From Octopus bimaculoides (taxonomy: Eukaryota), in contig NC_068987.1 in NCBI RefSeq assembly GCF_001194135.2, positions 55,042,270 through 55,106,269 on the forward strand: a DNA stretch of 64,000 bases. Reading direction: 5' to 3'. The notes beneath the pieces were generated by a model, which was given only the letters and a program-made list of their open reading frames with translations, searched no databases and was not told where the DNA came from. Positions 1 to 14,869 of this stretch are shown here, piece by piece; positions within the stretch are counted from its first letter, which is position 1, and every line of letters begins with the position of its first letter. The position numbers and the translations under genes were made by a program.

Positions 1-1025
1 GATTAAGAACATTTGAAGTTGTGTCTGCACATGAAAATAAGAAGAAAAAAGTGAGTTAAAAACAGGAACAGATAAATTTTGCATTATTGGGTTATCTCTC
101 TAAAACAAATGGTGTTAGCTAAAATTCACCTTCCAGCCATAAAAATCTTGGTTAGTTAAACACGTCCTTCTCTCAACTGATTTGTGTTATGAATTGGCAA
201 TAATAGCATAAATGCAGATATCCTTCAGCTAAATCCAAGATGGCTGTTGTGCAAACGGTGGTGGTGGTGTGGAACTGGGGGGTGGGAGTGGGGGGTACAA
301 AAAACAAACAAAAAAGCTGAAAAATAAAAATAACTGTTGGTATGAAAAATATGCCTAAGAAACTCTGGAAACATTTGTATTTGTGACTTTTATGGTGTGT
401 AATGATACTTCATTATCTAATGAAATTAGAAGGAACTGGGAGCTGCTACAAATGTTCCATTTAAATATTGATTTCTAATTGAAGAAAATATGTGATTATT
501 TATTCAGAGCATGGGATATAGTTAAGTTTTACATTGACAGTGATTTTGTCCTGAAGTGTTAAAAATACATGTCTACTCCCTAATGCAATTTGAACTCTAA
601 ACTGAGTGAACTAAAAGGAGATAACGTAATGTAATGCCTTTTAGGCAAGTATTCTATTATTTCTGCCAACTTGCTGCCTTACTTTAAATAAAAGATTTCA
701 AAAAGATCTGTTGGGTGGAAAAAATAGAAAAAAGCTTGAATTCCTCTCTTAACAAATTCCTAATTTGTGAAAATGTTCATTAAATAATAATTAAAAAGTT
801 ATGTTCTTGATTTTGTCAACAACCCCATAATGCTGTACTTTGAAACTATTGCTGTATCAGTTTTAGCTTTGCTATTACTCCTGGACATTTTAAAAATGTT
901 TTTGTGATCTCATTGAATGAACTACACTGCCTGTGTATTTCATTTCAGGTGTGGCTGTGTGTTTAAGAAGTTCACTTCCCAACCATGTAGTTTGGGGTTC
1001 AGTCCCACTGTGTAGCTCCTTGGGC

Positions 1026-1071
<46 letters not shown>

Positions 1072-3972
1072 TTATCTCCAGGCTGACCTAAGCCTTGTGA
1101 ATGGATTTAAAGGAAAGAAACTGAAAAAAGTGTGTGTGCACTTGTATGTTTTTGTCTTCACATTGTGTGATAATTATAACAAGCATCATCATCATACAAG
1201 CAATGTTCTTCATTTCCAATCTTCCATGAAAACATCTAGACATAGGGAAATATTACTTTGCTTGAAAGCAGGTAATAGTTGGCAACAAGAAGGGCATCTG
1301 ACTGTAGAAAATCTACCTCAGTGAATTGTTTCTGTCTCTTGCAGGCATAAAGAAGTGAGCATTAGCATTCAGATTATTCTGCCAAAAGTAATGCTTATTT
1401 ATTCACATTGAATTAATCATGCATTATTTTGTAGCTTTGGGATTTTTGATGAGCTAACTATTCACTTTTAAAATGCGAGAGGCTGAGTTTGGTCAGTTTG
1501 AGCATAAAGCAGGTAGAATATTTTTGGCTGGATATGGCCTAAGTGCTAAAATGTTAAACAATCATGATAATGATAATAGAATTAAATCATCTCCACTACA
1601 TGACTAGTACTTCATTGACCTGGAAGAACAAAAGGTTAAGTTGACCTCTGTGCAATTTGAACTCAAAATATATATGGCTGTAACTGAGCACTCCAAGGCA
1701 TCTTGTCTGACTCTCTAATAATTTTACCAATCCATTAATTACAAAAAAAAAAAAAAAGTGGTTTGGCTGTGTGGCAAGAAGTTTGCTTCCCAACCACATG
1801 ATTTTCAGTTCAGTCTTACTGGATGGCAACTTGGGCAATTGTTTTCTATAGCCTCAGGGCGACCAACACATTGTAAGTAGATAGGATTGATTGAAATTGA
1901 AAGAAAATCATTGTGTGTATGTGAGACAGAGAGTGTGTGTGTCTATGTTTCTTCACCACTGCTTGATAACCGGTGTCAGTTTCTTTACATCTCCGTAACT
2001 TAGCAGTTCCACAAAATAGACTGGTAGACAAGTACCACGCTTCAAAAAGTAAGTAGTAGGGTTGATGTGTTTGATTAACCCCTTCAAGCTGATTCTCCAG
2101 CATGCCTGCAGTCCAATGACAGAAATGAGTAAAAGAAGAGCAATTTAGAAAATGTTTACTTGGAATTAAATGATGTTTAGATTTAAGGGTGGACACAGAG
2201 GGTTTAATGATCTAGGAATGGAATTTTGTAAACATAAATGATGGTATATACATCTGCAAATGATTCATATCTTAATGATGTTTACATATTCATCAACATA
2301 GGTAAACATTGCTGGTGATATATGGCATTCATAAATATTGATATAAGGGTAAAGAAAAGGATATTAAGAATGTTAACCTTTTAGCATTAAGATTACTCTG
2401 TCAAATGTAATGCTTATTTATTCCCATTATTTGAGATTAATCGTGTCCTGTTTCATAGCTTTGCAATTCTGATGACATGATTGGTTATTTCTAGAATGAT
2501 ATTGTAGGATAGGTGTGAGAGGACAGATCTAACTTGTTTTTTAATGTAAGACTGTTAAAACATTTGTGTTGGCTATGGCCGGTTTAAATGCAGAACGAGT
2601 AAGATCTTAATCACAGCTCTGCATCCAGAAGTCCCCATTGAAGAAATGACACAAAAAGACCAAATTTTTCTTGCAGCCCGTTGATGCATACCTACCCTCC
2701 TGCCCCCCCCCCCCACCACAGACTGACAGACAGAGATTGTTAATATTTAGTATTATTAGTGATTGTCACATTGATGTGATTTAGTTTGATGATGCCTGTA
2801 GAATTATTGTGTTGTTATTTAGCCATAAGTAAGTAAATTCTGATCAAAAAAAGGTGGTCAGCAATGATCATTTTTTTTTTGTTAGGTGTAGGTAGAATTC
2901 ATTGGATTACATTGCCAAATGTCTTGTTAATAGACAAAAGGGTGTGATTTGACGGGTATTTAGCTACTATTTCTAACATGTCAGCAACCTCTGCAGTTTC
3001 TTCATTGGTGTATGTGTGTGTGTGTGTGTGTGTGTTAAGAGAGAACAGGAAAATGGAGCCATGTCTTTAATTTATAGCTAGAAACCTAAGAAGTTATAAG
3101 ATTTATGTACTCAAATTATGTAAAGAATGTTTTCCTTATTAATTAGCAATTATTAAGTCATCTGTAGGTTTTAGCTTAAAAAGAAATTATGAACAAAACC
3201 AATGAACTAGATTTTTCTGTTTTTGAGTACTCAAAGTTTGTGGAAAATGTTACAGTTAATGACCACTTGTTAAGTGGCACTGAAGTTTTAATGTTAAACC
3301 TTTTGTTACTCTGTTGCTGTTGAAACACTTGCCTTTCAGTTAATTTTGAAAATAACAAAAGATTTAGTAAAATAACTTGGTCATTATTTAGTTGATGTTT
3401 GGAACAAATTTAACTTGGAATTTTCATGGAAAGTTTTAATTCAGATCACTTTAAAACATTAGCATACAGATTACTTTGTTAAACGTAACTTATTCATTCA
3501 CACTTTTGGCTTTGATGATGTGTTATTTTTAGAATGATGTTGTAGTGTAGGTGTGGAAGGCTGGATATGGCTGGTTTGAATGTAAAATGGGTAGAATATT
3601 TGGGCTTAACAGGAAGCTTATATCACAGAGCCAAGGATGGTCTCGGGCATTTTTTTTTTTTTTAAGGGTTAATGAAAGACATTTTAAAATTTATAAGTAC
3701 TCAAATGATTTGGAATAGATAAAAGTTTTTCAAATGCAAATTAACATTCATTGATTGGAAAAAAAGGTAAAAGATGTCTGATATTAAAATTTTTTTCATT
3801 TACTCGTATGGAAAGGTGCAGGCATGACTGTGTGGTAAAAAGTTTGCTTCCCAACCACATGGTTGTGGGTTCAGTCTCACTGCATGGCACCTTGGATAAG
3901 TGTCTTCTGCTATAGCCTTGAGCCAACCACTATCCTTGTAAGTGGATTTGATAAACAGAAACTGAAAGAAGC

Positions 3973-4211
3973 GAGCTGAAGGTGGTGAGCTGGCAGAAAC
4001 ATTAGCACGCCGGGCGAAATGCTTAGCGGTATTTCATCTGCTGCTACGTTCTGAGTTCAAATTCCGCCCAGGTTGACTTTGCTTTTCATCCTTTCGGGGT
4101 AGATAAATTAAGTACCAGTTACACACTGGGGTCAATGTAATCGACTTAATCCCTTTGTCTGTCCTCGTTTGTCCCCTCTATGTTTAGCCCCTTGTGGGCA
4201 ATAAAGAAATA
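3973..4211 (+). mobile_element. Second tRNA-headed SINE family (S2), young copy inserted into an S1 copy
   Basis: GGTGAGCTGGCAGAAACATTAGCACGCCGGGCG..GAGTTCAAATTCCG..TTTCATCCTTTCGGGG, with a 16-bp TSD AGAAACTGAAAGAAGC at 3957-3972 and 4212-4227. Confidence 0.88.
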
Positions 4212-4984
4212 AGAAACTGAAAGAAGCTCATCACATGTGTGTGTATGTATATTTGTTTCCCTCCACTACTTGGCAACTGGTGTTGGTGTGTTTATGTCCC
4301 TATAACTTAGCAGTTCAGCAAAGGAAACCAATAGCTTAAAAAACCTTCAAGGCAGTGCTCCTGTATGGCCACAGTCAAATGACTGAAGCAAGTAAAAGTT
4401 GTAAACATTGTGCACTTTTTCCTTTTCCTCTTGTCTTGACATCATGCAGTAGTTGTAAACGAGTGTCACCATCATACAAACTGTTATTTGTTTCCAGTCT
4501 TGTCTGAAAACAGTATCTGGTCACAGGAAATATTACCTTACTTGGAAACAGATGAGGGTTGATGGCAGCAATGGCATCTGACTGTAGGAAATCTGCCTCA
4601 GATCCTGTCCAACCCATGCAGGATTGGAAAAATGGACATTAAAACGATGATCTCTGTCCCATAAGACTGTAAAATGTACTTTTGAGGGAAATTTTTCTGC
4701 TGTTTCTAACCAATTGAGCTCACGTATAGACATTAGTTCCCTTCTGTAAGAGCAGAGTTCCTTTTAATCTATGATGTTGCTTCCTTACATGTTACTGTTG
4801 AAAAAGAACATAAGCTGTTCACTTGTCGTCTACACTCCTCTCAGTTCTGCTAATTCAAATATATTTCGTCCTTATTCTGTTCTGATATCTTGCTAAAGTA
4901 AGCAATTGATACATCGTCAAGGAAACTGCCGACTGTATGTTTTATTCTGCTGCTAGCTTGACTGGAAAATATTGCCTAAAGATG

Positions 4985-5069
4985 TGTATGTGTACACACA
5001 CACACACACACACACAAACACTGACACATGCACATATTTGATGATGTATGTATATGCACACATACACAG

Positions 5070-5101
<32 letters not shown>

Positions 5102-5400
5102 TTACACACATATATACACACTTACACACATATATACTCACACACATATATGCTCACACACATATGCTCACACACATACATGCTCACACACACACACATG
5201 CTCACACACATATATGCTCACATACATATATGCTCACACACACATATGCTCACACACACATATGCTCACACACACACATGCTCACACACTTATGCTCACA
5301 CACACATATACTCACACATATATACTCACACGTATATACTCACACGTATATACTCACGCATATATACTCATGCATTCATACTCTCCTATATACACACCTG
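4985..5400. repeat. Compound (CA)n/(TA)n microsatellite grading into a 12-16-bp TATGCTCACACACA minisatellite
   Basis: Direct inspection. It is the source of the His/Thr/Tyr-rich pseudo-ORFs in the track. Confidence 0.9.
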
Positions 5401-5558
5401 CACACAAGTTCAATGTGGAAATCATTACAGTATTTGTTTTCCTCGTGTCCTTTCAATGGATTTAATTTCAATTAATCTGTTTTAACATCCTTTCTTCTTA
5501 AATACATAAATACACATACTCACACACACACATACGTATGTAAATTATATATATAAAT

Positions 5559-5593
<35 letters not shown>

Positions 5594-8500
5594 CATAAAC
5601 CTTGTGAAATGATTCTGTTTGTGATGTGCTGAAGAGTAGTCTAGAAGTGGGTTAATTGCAAGATTCTTTTTAATCCATGCTATATTTCCAATATTTAACA
5701 TTTGGATTAGAGCCAGGAAATATCTAGATAGTTGATGCTATTATTATTATTATTATCATTATTTAAATAGTTTCATTCAAGCAAGCATGTGAATTTTACA
5801 TATTGATTTCTATTGCAAGCCTTTTCATTGAGTCTATATTTTATTTTATATGTAATATAATCTAATATTGTGTGTGTGTGTGTATCTGCATGTGTGTATA
5901 TCTGCGTATGTGTGTTAAATATGTGTCTGTGTGTATATATGTTTCTATCTTTAAGTTCTGTGAAGGATCAACAGTATTCAGTGTCCTTCCTCTTAGACTG
6001 CATGATTCAACATACATAGTGTGTAGAAGGGTTGCAAGTCAATTTCGGGTCTGAAGAGACGTACAACGATATGTGGTATACAAAGACCATATCCCACAAA
6101 GTAACCCAATCAACCCAGTGGAAGTCACAACTTTTGCCTGTCACTGATGTTTCGAACCATACAGATATGCTGTGGGACTGAATAGTCCTCTGAGATGTCA
6201 GATGGAAGGCCAGAAGTGCTATTGACAACAAGGATCCCCAGAAAATTGGTAATAATCTGTGAAGGTAGAGCAACCATCATCACCATCCTTTAGTACCCGT
6301 TTTCTATACTGGCATGGGCTGGACAGTTTGACCAGAGCTGAGAAGCTTCACCAGGATCCAGTCTGATTTGGCTTGGTTTCTACAGCTGGATGACCCCCTT
6401 ATTTGGCTTGGTTTCTACAGCTGGATACCCTTCCTAATTCCAACGATTGACTGAGGACTGGTGAACCAGATGGCTACAAGACGAAAACAGGCGAGGAAAC
6501 AACAAGCAGGTGTATTAGTTTGAAGCTCAGGAAGAATGGAAAAGGCGTTGACATTTCAGGCCTGTGCTCTTTGACAGAAAGGAATGAGCAAAACAATGTG
6601 TGTGTGTGTGTATATACATACACACACACACACACATATATGTGTATGTATGTATGTGTGTGTGTATGTATGTATGTATGTGTGTATGTATGTATGTATG
6701 TGTGTATGTATGTATGTGTGTATATGCGCAGGAGTGGCTGTGTGGTAAGCAGCTTGCTTCCCAACCACATGGTTCCAGTTCAGTCCCACTGCATGGCACT
6801 TTGAGCAAGTGTCTTCTNNNNNNNNNNGCATCCAGCTGTAGAAACTCTGCCAAATCAGACTGGAGCCTGGTGTTGCCATCCGGTTTCACCAGTCCTCAGT
6901 CAATCGTCCAACCCATGCTAGCATGGAAAGCGGACGTTAAACGATGATGATGATGTATATATGTGTGTGTATGTGTATATACTCCTTCTTTCATGATTGT
7001 ATGTATATGTATACATAAGAGACATAAATTGATATTATTAGTTCTTGTGTAAGTTTCACCATTTTGGTTGCTTGCTTCTCAGCATTAAATGTTCCAAGTA
7101 CATTTGGATTCGTAAGCAGAACAGATCACCAGGGAGCACTTTATTGCATTTAATTACAGAGAATTAATGTAAAGGGTTGGGTAGATGGTAGAGGAATTTT
7201 ATGAGTATTTTGATAGGGAAATAGAAAGTAATTGACAGAGAATTAAGTTACTTGGTGACTTCTACAGTGTTGGTGCTATAAAAAAAAAGAAGCACCCAGT
7301 ATACTCTGAAGTGGGTGTTATTAGGAAGGGTACCCAACCATAGAAATCATGCCAAAGCAGACAGTTTGGTGCAATCAAAATGTCAAACTCTTCCCAACAT
7401 GGAAAACTGATATTAAATGATGAGCTGATATAAATGTTGGTTAGTTAATTAGTTGAGTTGTCCACTCACACTTTACTTCATATAGAGAAAGTGGTGATGG
7501 TGGGGAGATTAAAACAGATACAGTGAGAGTTAAAATATAAGGTACAAAACGAGTGCACATAGTTGGCTTGGTGGCAGGCAAGGATTAAAGGAATGCCATG
7601 CACATAAATACACACGCATTCAAAGAAGAAATAAGAGTTAGATGACATGGGAGATAGGAAATAAATGACAGAGTTGAGAGAGAGGGGAATGAAAATACAA
7701 CAGTTGAAAACAATATAATGAAGTGTAAAAAATATTGTAGAAATGATACAACACAGTAGAGGAAGTGAAAAAGAGAGGAGGGAGAGAGTGTAAGGGGAAA
7801 GGTGATAGGTATAGGAGAGAGAGAATTATTAAGGGAGGTGATAGAATGAGAAACATCAGAGGGTGAGGCAGTCAATTATAAATGTACTCTTTTACTTGTT
7901 TCAGTTATTTGACTGCGGCCATGCTGGAGCACCACCTTTAGTCAAGTAAATTGACCCCAGGACTTATTCTTTGTAAGCCTAGTACTTATTCTATCGGTCT
8001 CTTTTGCCGAACCGCTGAGTTACGGGGACGTAAACACACCAGCATCGGTTGTCAAGCGATGTTGGAAGGGGAAGACAAACACACACAAACATATATACAT
8101 ACNNNNNNNNNNNNNNNNNNNNNNNNNNNNNNNNNNNNNNNNNNNNNNNNNNNNNNNNNNNNNNNNNNNNNNNNNNNNNNNNNNNNNNNNNNNNNNNNNN
8201 NNNNNNNNNNNNNNNNNNNNNNNNNNNNNNNNNNNNNNNNNNNNNNNNNNNNNNNNNNNNNNNNNNNNNNNNNNNNTATACACACGACGGGCTTCTTTCA
8301 GTTTCCGTCTACCAAATCCACTCACAAGGCTTTGGTTGGCCCGAGGCTATAGTAGAAGACACTTGCCCAAAGTGCCACACAGTGGGACTGAACCCAGAAC
8401 CATGTGGTTGGTAAGCAAGCTACTTACCACACAGCCACTCCTGCGCTAAATTAAATCTTTTGTCTTTAACTTGTTTCAGTCATTGGACTGTGGCCATGCT

Positions 8501-11497
8501 GGAGTACTGCTTTGCAGGGTTTAGTCAAGCAATTCCACCCCAGTACTTATTTTTAGAGTTTGATTCTTATAGTAAATGTCTCATTTTGCTGAACTTGTAA
8601 GTTACAGGGATGGAAACACGCCAACACTGGTTGCCAAGTAGTAGTCGGGCTCAGACATAACACAAATGCAAAGTTACACACACACAGAAGACAGGATTTC
8701 AGTTTCTTAATAGAAGCCCAATGTGCTTGCTATGCAGTGGGTCTGAACCCAAGACCACATGGCTGGAATGTAAGCTTTTAACTACACACTCACATCTGTG
8801 CCAATGAAGCCAGATCTGCACCCATTAAAGCATATCCTATTTAAAAAGTTACTTGGCAAAAAAAAAAAAATGATAAATGGTATAATAAAGATGAGAATCG
8901 TGAAGATATAAAAGTATTTAAATGGCTAGTTTTGTAGAGAGGTGAATAAACAAAAATAGAAGTATCAAATGTAAACAAAATATGTTTGCATGAGGCAAAG
9001 CTAAGAGTAATTACAGAAACGCTCAGAAATGCATGTGTATGTATGTGAACATATTATAGTCTTATATACACATACACAAATGTATATATACATTTTTGAA
9101 TGTGCCCTCACACACACACAGTATTAATTTTAAAGTAATAAATATTGTTCTTCTGGAAATTTGTAATTATTTCATCATTTTGCATATGCACTTAAGAAAT
9201 ATATTCAAAGCTAAATTATAGTTATTGTATGTTTGCCATATTTCTTGATATCACCCATGGTGTCAGAAATATACTCTCTCTCTCTCTCTCTCTCNNNNNN
9301 NNNNNNNNNNNNNNNNNNNNNNNNNNNNNNNNNNNNNNNNNNNNNNNNNNNNNNNNNNNNNNNNNNNNNNNNNNNNNNNNNNNNNNNNNNNNNNNNNNNN
9401 NNNNNNNNNNNNNNNNNNNNNNNNNNNNNNNNNNNNNNNNNNNNNNNNNNNNNNNNNNNNNNNNNNNNNNNNNNNNNNNNNNNNNNNNNNNNNNNNNNNN
9501 NNNNNNNNNNNACCTCCTCTATAGCTAGACATCTGTTTCTGTCTCTCTGTCACACTCTAACCTTTCATCATCCGGTGCAAGATCACCTCTTCCAATTCTC
9601 CCTCCCCTCTCAAACATTCCTTGTCTTGCAAAGTTACTTGGTCACCCTGCTATACTGTAAAGTAGTTGGCATTTGGAAGGGCATCCAGCTGTGAAAATCA
9701 TGCCAAAACTAACCTTGTCTGTGCTGGTACCACGTAAAAAGCACCCAGCCCACTCTGCAGAGTGGTTGGTGCTAGGAAGGGCATCCCTTCCATAAAAAAA
9801 GAAAAGACCATGTCAAAACAGACACAGAAGTATGATGCCGGCTTCTGCCTGGCCAGCTACTGTCAAACTGTCCAACCCATGCCAGCATGGAAGGAGGATG
9901 TTAAATGATGATGACGGTAGTTGCTCGATCATATGTGGATAACACTCTGACACACATACACACACACACACACGTTTTTATTCTTTTACGTGGTTCAGTC
10001 ATTAGACGGTGGGCATGCTAGGGCTTCACCTTGAAGGGGTGAGTCAAACAAATCAACCTCAGTACATTTTTATTTTAAGCCTGGTACTTATTCCATCAAA
10101 TTCAATTTGCTGAACTATGTTATGAGAATATAAACAAACCTACACTGGTTGTCAAGCAGTGGCAAGAGACAAACACTAACAAATACACACACACACACGC
10201 GCGCATACATGATGGGCTTCTTTCAGTTTCTGTCTACTAAATCTACTCACAAGGGTTTGATTGACTCAGGGCCTATAGTAAAAGGCACTTGTCTAAGGTG
10301 TCGGTCACAATGTGAGACTAAACCTGGAACTCATGTAGTTGGGAAGCAAACTTCTTACCACTCACCCACTATCATTTATGTCCTTAACCTTTAATCATTT
10401 GGTTTTCTCTGTCAAATGTAATATCTATTCAGAATGTTTTGAATTAATCTTGCATTATCTTATAGCTTCGAGATTTTCATGATGTGAGACCTTTGGCAAT
10501 ATGCCATGCTTGAGAAAACCCGTCAAGCCAAGTGAAATTATAGTCGTGGCTGATGCCGGTGTCACATAACTGGCACCCATGCCAGTGGCATGTAAATACA
10601 GCCTTCAAACATTGGGCCTCACAGAAGCAATGATTAGTCGTGACCAATGCCGGTGTCATGTAACTGTCACCTGTGTCGGTGGCACATAAAAAGCACCCAT
10701 TTCACCCTTGGAGTGGTTGGCATTAGGAAGGGCATCCAGCTGTAGAAACCATGCCAAACCAGATTGGAACCTGGTGTAGCCCTACAACTTACCAGTTTCA
10801 GTCAAACTGTCTAACTCTTGCCATCATGGAAAGCAGACACTAAATGATGAAAATGATTGCTTATTTTTGAAAGACATTGTAGGGTAGGAGTGAGAGGCAG
10901 GAGCTGGCTGGTTTGAATACTAAAGGGTTAAAAATCACCTCATTATTTTCTGTATGGATGTAGTTTTTAATACTTTAGGCTTCTCAATAATCATAATAAT
11001 AATAATAATAATAATAATGCCTTTGAGAAAGACATTAATGCCATGTAATCTAACCTCGCACTTTCATTTTATAGGAATGTGTAATAAATATAGCTTCAGA
11101 AATAATTCTTGTGTATGAAATCAAAATGTAATATCTAATATTCCCTATTCAAATTCAGGGTTATGTAATAGCAGGGGGTTCATGAAATAGGAATTACTAA
11201 GATTTTGGGTGGGTTTTTTTTTCTGTTTCAATTCATCTGAGAATCTTACCCACCCTTCAAAAGCTGGCTTTCTGCCTCATTAGAAGAAATCAATATTTTA
11301 GTTCGCTGTTTCTTAAGCACAATTTTTTTTAATAAGATATGCAGCAAATAGGTACAGGTATTACTGTGTGGATAAAAAGCTCACTTTGCGACCATGTGCT
11401 TTCAAGTTCAATCTCATTACATGGCATCTTGGGCAAGTGTTACAGCCTCTGGTTGACCTTTTGAGTGAATTTGGTAGACATAAACTGTATGGGAGCC

Positions 11498-11536
<39 letters not shown>

Positions 11537-14477
11537 ATGTTTGGGTTTGTCATACCCCAGCTGTTACCCACTTGCTACCATTTGACAACTAGTGTTGGTT
11601 TACTTACCTCCTTTTAATGTAGTGGTTCGTCATAAAAGACTGACAGAATAAGTATTAGTCTTAAAGAAAATACTGGAATCGATTTGTTCAACTAAAACCC
11701 TCTATCGCAGTGCCCCCGTATGGCCAGAGTCCAATAACTGAAACAAGTATATAAAAAGAATGTGCATATATTGCTAACATCTGCAAAGATGACATAACTA
11801 TCACACACTTTATTTACCCAACTACTCTAAGAACTTGAAGCCTTGTACTTGTGTGCATGCAACCAGTCTTTTTCCAGTGAAATAAGCCAGCCACTCTTCA
11901 GTGACTTATTTCTCTGTTTTATCATAGATTTTTAAACTATCATCCATGTATTAATTTTGACATTATCTTGGCACTTCTCCACTTGAATGTCAATTCTGTT
12001 CAACAAATTGGAGTAAACTTTTTTTTTACTTTCTTCTATTTTTGATTTAGTTTTCTTAGATTTCTTTCCAAACATGTTAATGTTTTGTTTTTCTTATTTA
12101 TCCCTATCTACTTTGATCAATAATATATTATTAAGAAAAAAACAGAATAGTAAATTTAAGCATCAAATAATTTTGTAACTGACGTCTATTTGTATTGTCT
12201 GCTGTGCTATGATTTCATTTGTCTTCAGACTTCTTTCTTATCTGTTTTCTGGTACACTGAAGCTTTATTTAATCTCTCTGGACCATTTTAAAAGTATGCC
12301 ACTGCATGGTGGTTGATCTAACATGTTTGATCTATCTTTGAAAGTTGAATCTCATTACCATATTTATTATTCCCACTAGCTTGTGAGCTATGGGATAATC
12401 CTCTTCTTCAAAAAAAAAAAGAAGACTTCAGATTAGGGTTGATTTTTAATATTTTTATTTTCATTCAGGTTTTAAACTTTAAAAAAAAAATACAGTAAAT
12501 CTGATGTTTAGAAATAGTAATGGAGAAGCATTGAGAAATTTATGAATAAGTTATTTAGCACTGTACCTCAAAGCAAATTCTGTTATAAATAATAATTTGT
12601 GATATATTGGGTAGAAAACTCCTTGGATGGAAAAAATGGCTTGATGGCTACTTGGAAGATACAAACCAATAATCTTTTGTTCTTATATCAAATGTGCAGA
12701 CCTTCCTGTTTTTTTTTTTTTTAGTCCAATTTGTTACTGGTGAAGGTGTAGCTGTTGTTAACAAGCTTGCTTCCAAACTACATGGTCTTAGGTTCACTTC
12801 CAACATGCAGTGCCTTGTGTGTCTTCTACCATAATTCCAGCTTGACCAAGCTTTGTGAGTGGATTTGGCAGATAGAAACTGAAAGAAGCGTTTTCTGTGT
12901 GTGTGTGCCCTTGTTTTGACATCACGTGACATTGTAAACAAGCGTCACTGTGATGTTTGTTTCTAGTCTTCTGTGGAAAACATGTCTGGTCAGGTGAGGG
13001 CTGGTGACAGGAAGAGGGCATCTGTCTGTAGAAAATCTGCCTCAGCAGGTTCTGTTTGACTCATTCAAGCATGGAAAAGTGGATGTTTAATAATGATGAT
13101 ATTTACAAGCTGTTGTAGTTAGATTTAAACAGCATGCGTTCATCGAACTGAAATTGAAATCCAAATTTAAATCAATAATAATGATAATTCTTTCTACTAT
13201 AGGCAGGCATGAAACTAAAATTTTGAAGGGGAGGGCTAGTTGATCATTGCATTGACCCTAAAAGGATGAAAGACACAGTTAACCATGGCAGAATTTGAGC
13301 TAAGCATTTTGTCTAGTGTGGTCATGATTCTGCCTGCCCACCACCTTAATAATAATGATAGTGATCCTTTCTACTATAGGCATAAGGCCTGAAATTTTTG
13401 TAGAAGGGGCTAGTTGATTACATTGCTCCCCAGTGCTCAACTGATACTTATTTCGTTGACCACAAAAGGATGTAAGGGAAAGTTGACCCCTGCAGAGTTT
13501 GAACTTCAAACATAAAGTCTGATGAAACTCTGCTAAGCATTTTGTCCGGTGTGCTAACAATTCTGCCAGCTTGCTACCTTAATAATAATGATGATAATAA
13601 TAATTAAAAAAAGGTGAAAATTAAATTTGCTTCGCATTGGATATTAATTTTGTATTGAAATATAAATTTAATATTACAGTAGAAAGCAACTCATTGTGGT
13701 CATTGTAAGATAAAGCCATTCTGAAAAGAATTACCAAGTAATGACAATAGCTGATTGATAACATTAAGTAAATAAAATTTGGGAACAACTGATTTTGATA
13801 ACAATGACCAATTGATAACATTATTTGTATTTCTAATAAATAACTTCCACTCTGTCTCTTTTCGGTTTGTGCTTACTCGTGTAAGGCTCGTTGTTTACCA
13901 CAGTCAGGCTATGTGCATAATGAACTGCCATCCTAGCATTTTAGAGTCATGGAATTAACCCTTTTATTACCATATTTCTGTTGAATTTATCTTGAAAATA
14001 ATGAATTTAGTAAAATAATCGTCATTAATTAAGCTGGTGTTAGGAAATAAATTAACAAGAAATTTTAATGGAAGCTTTTAATTTAGTTCACTTTCAAAAT
14101 AGGAGCCAGAATAGGCAGTCTCAGGTGGATTGGAAGAACTGCAGTAATCTGTTAAGATAGAGGGACAGCTTTGTCACACTGTGTCACGCTGAATATCCCC
14201 GAGAACTACGTTAAGGGGACACGTGTCTGTGGAGTGCTCAGCCACTTGCCCGTTAATTTCACGAGCAGGCTGTTCCGTTGATCGGATCGACTGGAACCCT
14301 CGACGTCGTAAGCGACAGAGTGCCAACAATATCTATTATATAACTAACAAGATTATGAAACAGCTGTAAACAAATGGAATAAACATCTACACTTTCACCT
14401 CACATATATAATTGTCCATTCTTGTTCTGGAGACAGTCAGGTTTCAATACAATTAAAAAAAAGTTTTTTGTTTCATT

Positions 14478-14869
14478 ACTCTCTTTTACTCTTACTTGTT
14501 TCAGTCATTTGACTGGCCATGCTAGAGCACCGCCTTTTAGTCGAGTAAATCGACCCCAGGACTTATTCTTTGTAAGCCTAGTACTTATTCTATCGGTCTC
14601 TTTTGCCGAACCACTAAGTTACGGGGATGTAAACACCAGTATCGGTTGTCAAGCGATGTTGCACGGGACAAACACACACACATACACACATAATATATAC
14701 ATATATACGATGGGCTTCTTTCAGTTTCCGTCTACCAAATCCACTCACAAGGCTTTGGTCGGCCCGAGGCTGTAGTGGAAGACACTTGCCCAAGGTGTCA
14801 TGCAGTGGGACTGAACCCGGAACCATGTGGTTGGTAAGCAAGCTACTTACCACACAGCCACTCCTATGC
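14478..14869 (-). mobile_element. Dominant tRNA/CORE SINE family (S1), young full-length copy; about 25 copies in the window, e.g. 946-1330+, 1758-2140+, 7886-8445-, 11370-11755+, 12745-13100+, 16050-16435+, 22755-23130+, 33775-34135+, 42065-42480+, 44753-45147+, 50067-50409+, 54604-54897+, 61555-61925+
   Basis: Head GGAGTGGCTGTGTGGTAAG..GGTTCAGTCCCAC, CORE-like CACCTTGGGCAAGTGTCTT, then GGAAACTGAAAGAAGCCC, an internal (TA/TG)n tract, and a tail ending GTCAAATGACTGAAACAAGTAA or GGAAGGGCATC..GATGATG. Coordinates of older copies are approximate. Confidence 0.88.

Noticed and set aside
3-56. Open frame LRTFEVVSAHENKKKK ending at AAA|GTGAGT at the window edge
   Set aside because: It has no similarity to the expected catenin N-terminus and its acceptor or start cannot be seen. 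It is not supportable without upstream sequence.
255-297. G-rich tract as a G-quadruplex
   Set aside because: It has only three G3+ runs and no functional context.
4953-5485. His/Thr/Tyr- and Cys/Val-rich ORFs here and at 6474-6947, 52844-53139 and 57593-57849
   Set aside because: They are translations of CA/TA/TG microsatellites.
5945-5975. LSLSSVKDQ, resembling the missing upstream catenin exon end (ILASVKEQ)
   Set aside because: The only nearby GT (5974) is in phase 2 and is a poor donor, whereas the 30482 exon needs phase 0. I treat it as coincidence; the true upstream exon is outside the window or in a gap.
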